64,000 bases of DNA from Octopus vulgaris (taxonomy: Eukaryota): contig OX597837.1 in assembly GCA_951406725.2 (NCBI GenBank), forward strand, positions 40,362,001-40,426,000, read 5' to 3'. The translations under genes were made by a program, and so were the position numbers. Of this stretch, positions 55,021 to 64,000 are shown in pieces; positions within the stretch are counted from its first letter, which is position 1, and each line of letters starts with the position of its first letter. The notes under the pieces are model-generated. The model was not told the origin of the DNA. It saw only the letters and a list, made by a program, of their open reading frames with translations, and did no database searches.

Positions 55021-55487
55021 TATATATATATATATATATATGAAACGGGAAAGTGTACGTGAGAAAGGTAAAAATTAACCCTTGGATATTACTGTTTCGT
55101 GTTCTAGCTGATTTCCATGGGCTCTAATTGACTGAGATCACAATATTTACTCTGAACCCGGCGCCAGTACACGTGGGGTTAATCATTTATAGCTCAGCAA
55201 CGTAAAATGAAGGATTTTGCTCAAGAACAGTACGCACTGCTCGTTGCGAAATCTTGAGATCATGAACGCAACAAACTAACTACGAGTCAATGTACCTTCA
55301 CGTGTGAGAGAGAGGGAGCGTGCGTAAAAGAGAGAGAGAGAGAGAGAGTGTGTGTGTGTGTGTGTGGATGAGATAAATAGACAGACAGAGAGAGAAAGTA
55401 AGAGAGGAAGAGGAACCAGGAGATGAAACTAACTGCAAGGCAACATACATTTACAGCGTGTGTGAAAGAAAGAGAGGGGGAATGAGT

Positions 55488-55573
<86 letters not shown>

Positions 55574-55762
55574 CAGACATATAGACCGATAGACAGATAG
55601 ATAGATAGACAGATAGACAGATAGACAGATATATAGACAGACAGATAGATAGATAGATAGATAGATAGACAGAGAGACAGGTAGACAGATAGATAGACAA
55701 ACAGTTAGACAGACAGACAGATATATAGACAGATATATAGATAGATATACAGACAGATAGAC

Positions 55763-55805
<43 letters not shown>

Positions 55806-55836
55806 GAAATGATAGATAGAGAGAGAGATGGAGATA

Positions 55837-55870
<34 letters not shown>
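55488..55870. repeat. (GATA)n/(GACA)n/(GA)n microsatellite
   Basis: Direct reading. Confidence 0.95.
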
Positions 55871-55873
<3 letters not shown>

Positions 55874-56349
55874 TGACAGACGTAGAGCCGGAGACAGGAA
55901 CCTGAAGAAAAATATGTTGTCGAAATTTCACTGAACTAACTGAAAGTTATTTAATATATCGCAGATGATGGTGCAATTTACTTAAATTCTCGGCGACACC
56001 TCATTATGCGGCAACAGGTTCGCGTAAACAAGTTCTGTCTTCGCTAAGCAGCGCATTAACGAACGGACTCTAAGCGCCCACAGACTTCGCGGCTCTAATT
56101 TAAACCAAAGATTTCAACCACAATCTTTTCATAGCAGCATTTTCTTCGTTTCCACAAATGCGGAGTAATTAATTCGTTATTTCTGGAAAATAGTTAAGCT
56201 CAAGTTGTAACGTTTTGAGATTTTCTTGGGAAAATTCTCGGCCTCTAATTATTTATTATTTCTAATCAGCTTCATTAAATAAGTTTTAAACCAACTTGCC
56301 TTTCTATCAATCCGTCCATCCATCTGTTCATATCTCTCTCCTTCTTTTC

Positions 56350-56441
<92 letters not shown>

Positions 56442-56532
56442 GCTGTCTGTCTGTCTCTCTCTCACTCTCTCTCACACATACACACACACACACTCTCTCT
56501 CTATCTCTCTCTGTATATATATATATATATAT

Positions 56533-57110
56533 AGTGTAATAAACAAAATATATGCATACATACAAACATATATGTACGTACCTACATCTACATGTATAAA
56601 TGCATGCATATATAAATATATATACGTGAGTACAGGACACCACAACTAGACGTAGAACTTAACGAGAAACGAAAACGGAAAAACCATTTTTTTACAACAG
56701 AAAAACAGAGTACAGGACATACTACACAAGGAAAAATCCCCTATCATCAGCTGTCACTAGTTCGACTCTAGCGCGTTTGGAAGGCAAGACAGGACACGAC
56801 TCGCCAAACCAGTCCTTCCTGCGAGATAATTAAAATAAAATTACCTCGCAGAGGGGTAAAAACAAGCAAGAAAAAAAATGTAACACAAACAGGGCGTAAA
56901 AACGATACAGATAAAACTACAAAATAAAATACAAGATAAAAATACATGTACAAGAAAATACAATACGAGAAATCAGAAATAAACAAGATAAACAAGAAAA
57001 CAAACGGAAAGGCCTTTTTTCTGGCTAAGACGGAGGCGGTTCTAGCAGCGCATGAGAAAACAAAAGTGTGTCTTTGCAGTTTGAAAACCGCGTGTAAAAG
57101 GAAGTGGTTT
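56533..57110 (-). mobile_element. Longer copy of the 5317-5569 repeat, (TA)n-flanked
   Basis: Inverted match over ~250 bp; extra hairpin CTGCGAGATAATT..AATTACCTCGCAG at 56819-56851. Confidence 0.75.
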
Positions 57111-57120
57111 TATATATATA

Positions 57121-57308
57121 TAGGAAGAGTTTACGAAAAAAACAAAAGACGAAGACCGGTGGTGTACAAAACAAACATATGTATTAGTATAACGCTCAGG
57201 AATAGAAAAAGTCTTTTATGTTTCGAGCTTACGCTCTTCTACAGAAAGGGACACAGAAAAAAACAAGGAGAGAAAAAAATGTGTGTAGTGGCTAACGATC
57301 GATGGCGA

Positions 57309-57312
<4 letters not shown>
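57121..57312 (-). mobile_element. Mini-HHR cassette with A6U core (57213-57248)
   Basis: CTTT-CTGTAGA-A-GAGC-GTAA-GCTC-GAAAC-ATA-AAAG; copy of 10783-10975. Confidence 0.78.
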
Positions 57313-57378
<66 letters not shown>

Positions 57379-57527
57379 GTATTTTGTCATTCAATGGTAG
57401 GGTCTTCTTTGTGTTATTTGTTCTGTTTTTCATTTGTTTCTCTTGTTGTCTGCGTATTGAACTCATCTGTTTTCTTATTACATGTTGGTTACTGATGGTG
57501 ACGTCCTGTACCCATATATCCATATGT

Positions 57528-57591
<64 letters not shown>

Positions 57592-57672
57592 TTATATATA
57601 TATTTATATTATTATGTACCTAACCTAGCTAACTCTCTCGCTAGCCATCTATATATCTATCTATCTATGTCG

Positions 57673-58020
<348 letters not shown>

Positions 58021-58372
58021 AGAAATTATTGCAGTATTAGATAATAACTTTTGGTTACGTGAGAACATATTTATAAACAGAAGTAGATGTGTCGAGTGAG
58101 TTAGCGTTTAACAGAATATAAAGTAAATATCAAACATAGTATAGCACACTTTATTTTCTGAAAAAATATTTATATACACGAGTGTGTGTTTGTGTTTGTG
58201 GTTATGTATTGTATATGAAAATAGATAATTAAAAAACCACACGGGTAACTTTAGTAAATCAGATAATACTGAACAACAGATAGCAATAACCACAAACATA
58301 ACAGTGTTAGAAACACGTTATACCCACTTGTAAAGATATGTGTATGTATATATTATATACTTATGCGTGTGC

Positions 58373-58419
<47 letters not shown>

Positions 58420-58421
<2 letters not shown>

Positions 58422-58795
58422 CGCAGGAGTGGCTGTGTGGTAAGTAGCTTGCTAACCAACCACACGGTTGCGGGTTCAGTCCCACTGCGTGGCATCTTGG
58501 GCAAGTGTCTTCTGCTATAGCCCCGGGCCGACCAATGCCTTGTGAGTGGATTTGGTAGACGGAAACTGAAAGAAGCCTGTCGTATATATGTATATATATG
58601 TATATGTGTGTGTGTTTGTGTGTCTGTGTTTGTCCCCCTAGCATTGCTTGACAACCGATGCCGGTGTGTTTACGCCCCCGTCACTTAGCGGTTCGGCAAA
58701 AAGAGACCGATAGAATAAGTACTAAAAGGTGGTGCTCCAGCATGGCCGCAGTCAAATGACTGAAACAAGTAAAAGAGTAAAAGAGTAAAAGAGTA
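58420..58795 (+). mobile_element. SINE family A, best-preserved copy
   Basis: GGCGCAGGAGTGGCTGTGTGGTAAG head, GGGTTCAGTCCC B-box, internal (TA)(TG) tract, (AGTAAAAG)n tail. Confidence 0.92.
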
Positions 58796-58796
58796 T

Positions 58797-58987
58797 AGTT
58801 AATCCAAACATGAAAACACAAAGAGAAAACACAACGCGAGGACGTGGAACAAGTATAGTGTTATTGGACGCTCAGGAAAGGAAATAAAGAAGGAGGATTT
58901 AACGTTTCGGGCGGAGCTCTTCGTCAGAAACATAGGAAAAGGAAAGATCCAAAGAAGGGAAGACGGAGGGGAAAAATCGCCAACAGT
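58797..58987 (-). mobile_element. Mini-HHR cassette, canonical core (58897-58931)
   Basis: GTTT-CTGACGA-A-GAGC-TCC-GCCC-GAAAC-GTT-AAAT; palindromic AACGUU stem III. Confidence 0.8.
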
Positions 58988-59023
58988 ACACACACATATA
59001 TATATGCACACACACACATGGAG

Positions 59024-59056
<33 letters not shown>

Positions 59057-59124
59057 TACAGACAGACAGACAGACAGACAGATAGATACATACATACATG
59101 TGTGTGCGTGTGTGTATGTGTGTA

Positions 59125-59288
59125 CGACAGGCTTCTTTCAGTTATCGTCTACGAAATCCGCTGAGAAGGCTTTGGTCGGTCCGAGGCTATAATAGAAGAC
59201 ACTTGCCGAAGGTGCCACGCAGTGGGACTGAACCCGGAGCCATATGGTCGGAAAACAACCTTACCACCACACATCCACACCTGCGCCT
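59125..59288 (-). mobile_element. SINE family A, 5' half
   Basis: GGTGCCACGCAGTGGGACTGAACCCGG...CCTGCGCCT. Confidence 0.85.
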
Positions 59289-59924
59289 GTGTGCATACAT
59301 TAGAAACCATAGATCCGACGCGTGAGAAAGAGCAGCAGTTCTCCCATCAAATCACACCCTTCTATTTCACAAAAGAAAGGACACATTGATGAATGGATTC
59401 ACAGATTTACCACGCCTAAAAACGACGTGATGGTCACAACAGGAATGCCTCTAACCGTAACTAAGTTTGTCTTTTTTTTTTCCTCTTCTTGTTTAGACAA
59501 ACAAGTCCCGTTTATATACTAACCATTAAACCATACTACATCTTTCCTACAAAATGGCCTACACTTGTGTGAAGGTTAGCATAAACGTTATCAATAATTA
59601 CTTAAGCTTAAGGAATAATCTACGTGGTCTTTACGCCAGTTTGATGTATACAGATTCGGTATTGTTTATACAATCTCTTCTTCACGAAAAGATTCTTGTG
59701 AAATAGTAGACTGCTGTCTATGCTAACCACTGTTAAACCTCGTCATTGCTTACATAAGAACGGGAAAACAATTAGATAAAGTACAGCGATAAATTTTAAG
59801 CATTTTAAAATACACTTTTTGGCTCGTTAGGAGCACACACAAAGAATGCCAAATATATATATACACTCACTGCAGGGTTATGTGCGTGCGTGTTGGTATG
59901 AGTGTTGTTAGAAGCAGAAACTGC

Positions 59925-60098
59925 AGGCACAGAGGTGGGTCGTGTGAGAAGAGGTTTCCTTCCGAAGCACATAGTTCTGGGTTCAGTTCTGGGCAAGTGT
60001 TTTCTGGTACTATAATCCCTGGCGGACCAAAGTCTTCCGAGCCAATTTGATAGGCGGAAACCGAAAGAAGCTCGTCGTATATATATATATATATATAT

Positions 60099-60137
<39 letters not shown>

Positions 60138-60462
60138 CATACATACATACATACATACATACATACATACATACATACATACATGTTTATATATACATGC
60201 ATATTAACATGCACACATATATATGCATGTATTATGATAATATTGGACAAACACGAAGACTCACACATATGTGTATGTCTTTGTGTTTGTCCACTATTAT
60301 CGCTCGATTACCGGTATTGGTCTATTTACGTCCCTATCATGTGTTATTCTTAGAAAAAAGTCACCACAACTACTGGGGCGATTCCTTCGACTAAATCCCC
60401 TTTACGGCGATGCTCCAGCAAGACCGCAGTCCAATGATTTAAACGATCAAAAAATAAAAGAC
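59925..60462 (+). mobile_element. SINE family A, old diverged copy
   Basis: Head, internal microsatellite and GGCGATGCTCCAGCA..CCGCAGTC tail recognisable. Confidence 0.7.
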
Positions 60463-60847
60463 AATATTTTAAAATTCCACATCTTAGCAGTCATAGAGGC
60501 TTGCATAAACGCTACGATATGTGTGTGCACACACACACACATATATATATATCATATACATATATATTATATATATATATATATTATATATAACATAGAT
60601 ATAGATCATATATATAGATTATATATATATAATATACATATAGATTATATATATATAATATACATATGGATTATATATATATATATATATATACAGATTA
60701 TATATAATATATATAAATATAGATTATATGCACATATATACATATATATAATATCCATATAGATTATACATATATATATATATATATAGATATAGATATA
60801 TATATATCTATATATACATATAGATTATATATATATATATACATGCA

Positions 60848-60969
<122 letters not shown>

Positions 60970-61573
60970 TTATATATATATATCCTTACAATACGTGTGC
61001 TGTTGCCAGCAGAAACTGATATGTTCAATGGCGAATTTTTAACTTTAGCTAACACGCAATTTCCTCCGATAAAATTACAAATAACGAGATTCTAAAATTA
61101 CAAGGGCAACATGTGTTTTAATTAGTTTTGTTGTCAAATTGTTTGTTAACGTTAGTCAAATATTTTCCGCCGCAAGAATCTGCGATAAAACCGATAACGA
61201 TATCCAACACTGGAAGAGAAAGACGCCATATTGAAAAGAAAAATAAAACATGTAAACAACACAAAACAAAGAAAATTTTGATAAAAACATGAATTAATAA
61301 TGAAAGAAAAATACTTATTAAAAATTAGAACAAAAAAAAATGATGTTCTTCTTTTAATAAATCTCATTTTGAAATTCTTTATTTATGTATTAAAGTTTTG
61401 TTGATCTCATTAAATTCAAAGAATATCGTTTTGCTGTTAGTGTCAACGTCTGCCGAACGGATGTGATTAGATCGGTCCTGAATATATGCAAATTGTGGAA
61501 AGACATAATTACGTTGCGACTCACTCTCAGATATCTGTAGATTTTTCCAATTGAAACGACGACGACGACGAAG

Positions 61574-61780
61574 ATGATGATGATGATGATGTTGATGATG
61601 ATGTTGATGTTGTTGATGATGATGATGTTGATGATGATGATGGTGATAATGATGATGATGATGATGATGTTGATGTTGTTGATGATGATGATGTTGATGA
61701 TGATGATGGTGATAATGATGATGATGATGATGATGTTGATGTTGTTGATGATGATGATGTTGATGATGATGATGGTGATA

Positions 61781-61828
<48 letters not shown>

Positions 61829-61858
61829 TTGATGTTGTTGATGATGATGATGGTGATA

Positions 61859-61891
<33 letters not shown>

Positions 61892-61936
61892 TTGATGTTG
61901 TTGATGATGATGATGTTGATGATGATGATGGTGATA

Positions 61937-61972
<36 letters not shown>

Positions 61973-62050
61973 TTGATGTTGTTGATGATGATGATGTTGA
62001 TGATGATGATGGTGATAATGATGATGATGATGATGATGATATGATATTGT

Positions 62051-62100
<50 letters not shown>

Positions 62101-62145
62101 TTGATGTTGTTGATGATGATGATGTTGATGATGATGATGGTGATA

Positions 62146-62181
<36 letters not shown>

Positions 62182-62259
62182 TTGATGTTGTTGATGATGA
62201 TGATGTTGATGATGATGATGGTGATAATGATGATGATGATGATGATGATATGATATTGT

Positions 62260-62321
<62 letters not shown>

Positions 62322-62399
62322 GTGATGTTGTTGATGATGATGATGTTGATGATGATGATGGTGATAATGATGATGATGATGATGATGATATGATATTGT

Positions 62400-62442
<43 letters not shown>

Positions 62443-62830
62443 AATTATGATGATATTGATGATGGGTGGTGGTGATGATGATGATGATGATGATGAAGAT
62501 GATGATGATGATGACGATGATGATGATAATGATGATCACCATGACGATGCTGTTGCTGCTGATGATGACGATGATAATGGTGAGGCGGATGAGGAGAGGG
62601 AGAAGGAAGAGGAGATAAAAGAAGGAGGGGGAAGAGAAAAAGAGGAGGAGAAAGAAGCGGAGGAGGACAAACGAGAGGAGGAGAAAGAAAGGAAGGAGGA
62701 GGAGGGGAAGTATAGGACAATAATGTCGATGACGACGTCAATGACGACGATGATGATGATGATGATAATGATGAGGAGGAGGATGAAGATGATAACGATG
62801 CTGCTGCTGCTGATGATGATGTTCTTGATT
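61574..62830. repeat. (GAT)n array with higher-order units, then GAG/GAA-rich tract
   Basis: Unit GTTGATGTTGTT(GAT)nGTT(GAT)nGGTGATAAT(GAT)n repeated about ten times at 61590-62370. Confidence 0.92.
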
Positions 62831-62907
62831 GGTGTTTTGAACAGTATTTATTTAACAGTATTTATTGGACGATGGTGTTATTGAGGATCGTAATTCAGCT
62901 CCTGCTG

Positions 62908-62963
<56 letters not shown>

Positions 62964-64000
62964 GCTACGGCCAGTCATATTGCAATTTGAGAAACTTTTC
63001 ATTTTGCTTAAACTGTAACATTTAATATTACTTTCCAACCCCCACACAAAACCATATTAATACACATGCACATACACAAATATATATATACACACACACA
63101 TATACACTCACATACGAAATATATGTGTTTGTATGTATGTGAGTGTACGGGTGTGCATGTGTGTGTGTGTGTGTGTGTGTATGTGTGTGTGTTACAACCT
63201 TGAGCAAAACTGCATTGGAATATATCCCCTCGTTGAATATGTACTGTAACTGAATCAACTAAATGCATATAAACGATAGATCAAAGAACATTATGACAAT
63301 TTATGCAGCAGAAACACGTGTCGGATTTGAAATTAACGAGAATAATACTGTAATCAATAAATTTGGAAGTTTTATAATCCTCCATTCTTCCGTATGATGT
63401 TTAGATTATATATATATATATATATACATATATATACACCAATAAAGATAACACAAAATGAGTAATACATTCATTAAAAACAGAGTAGGATTAACCATTA
63501 ATTTACCTAGATCCATTATAAATAATCTCAATAATCTCAATATTCATAAAAGCATCGATGTTATAATTAAAGAAACTAAATTGGAGAGCCATGCAATATG
63601 ACCATCAGATTCTTCTATATGTGAATTCATTATTTGATGTTTATTACATATAAAAATATACTTCAAATATATCTAGATTTGATTTAATATAAGCATATCG
63701 GGAGGTTATAGCGTTAAATGTTATTATTTTGGATATGTCAAAATGGCGGTTAGATTCTGCTTTTGATCGCTTTCTTTTTAATTGCGATTTTCGAACGTCA
63801 GAGGATTTGTCATCTTACAGTGACTATCTACAAGTTAACATACGATATTATACTTAAGGCTGGTGTAAATCTGTCAAATCTTAATTTTTCAAGATAATGA
63901 ATAGCAATTGCAGCGTAGAAGACTTCTATTAGCCGTTCAAAAATACACAAGCATCTTCACTTAAATATCTATTTGATATCAGGTATATAAATGAATAAAT

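Noticed and set aside
61379-62884. 387-aa His/Ile/Ser-rich ORF and acidic ORF
   Set aside because: (GAT)n/(GAG)n low-complexity repeats.
63900-63975. Additional copy of the G3:C8 HHR cassette (CAATTGCAGCGTAGAAG...)
   Set aside because: Similarity is limited to the outer arm, highly diverged, and the ribozyme part is not visible before the window ends.

Overview
Eukaryotic, very AT-rich, microsatellite-saturated non-coding DNA. The SINE set and repeat composition look like an octopus (coleoid cephalopod) genome; this is inference from recall, not a database match. No intact protein-coding gene is visible, and almost all ORF-track entries are microsatellite read-throughs. Recognisable content: several tRNA-derived SINE families (dozens of copies), two decayed Tc1 transposase 5' halves, a non-autonomous Helitron, TIR/MITE elements (one with internal CCCTAA repeats), an RTE-type RT fragment, a 5'-truncated Penelope-like element (GIY-YIG C-terminus), and one candidate 58-nt exon. 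The main signal is about 18 type I hammerhead ribozyme (HHR) folds from at least 7 unrelated sequence families. Most sit in short cassettes in or beside (TA)n tracts, and many lie in fold-back palindromes with a one-sided tail (Penelope pseudo-LTR architecture). They include family-fixed non-canonical cores (G3:C8 swap GUGAACA, U4C CCGANGA, A6U CUGUAGA), one HHR with a ~230-nt loop II, and circularly permuted (type II-like) candidates. All folds were read by eye; none has been tested for cleavage.
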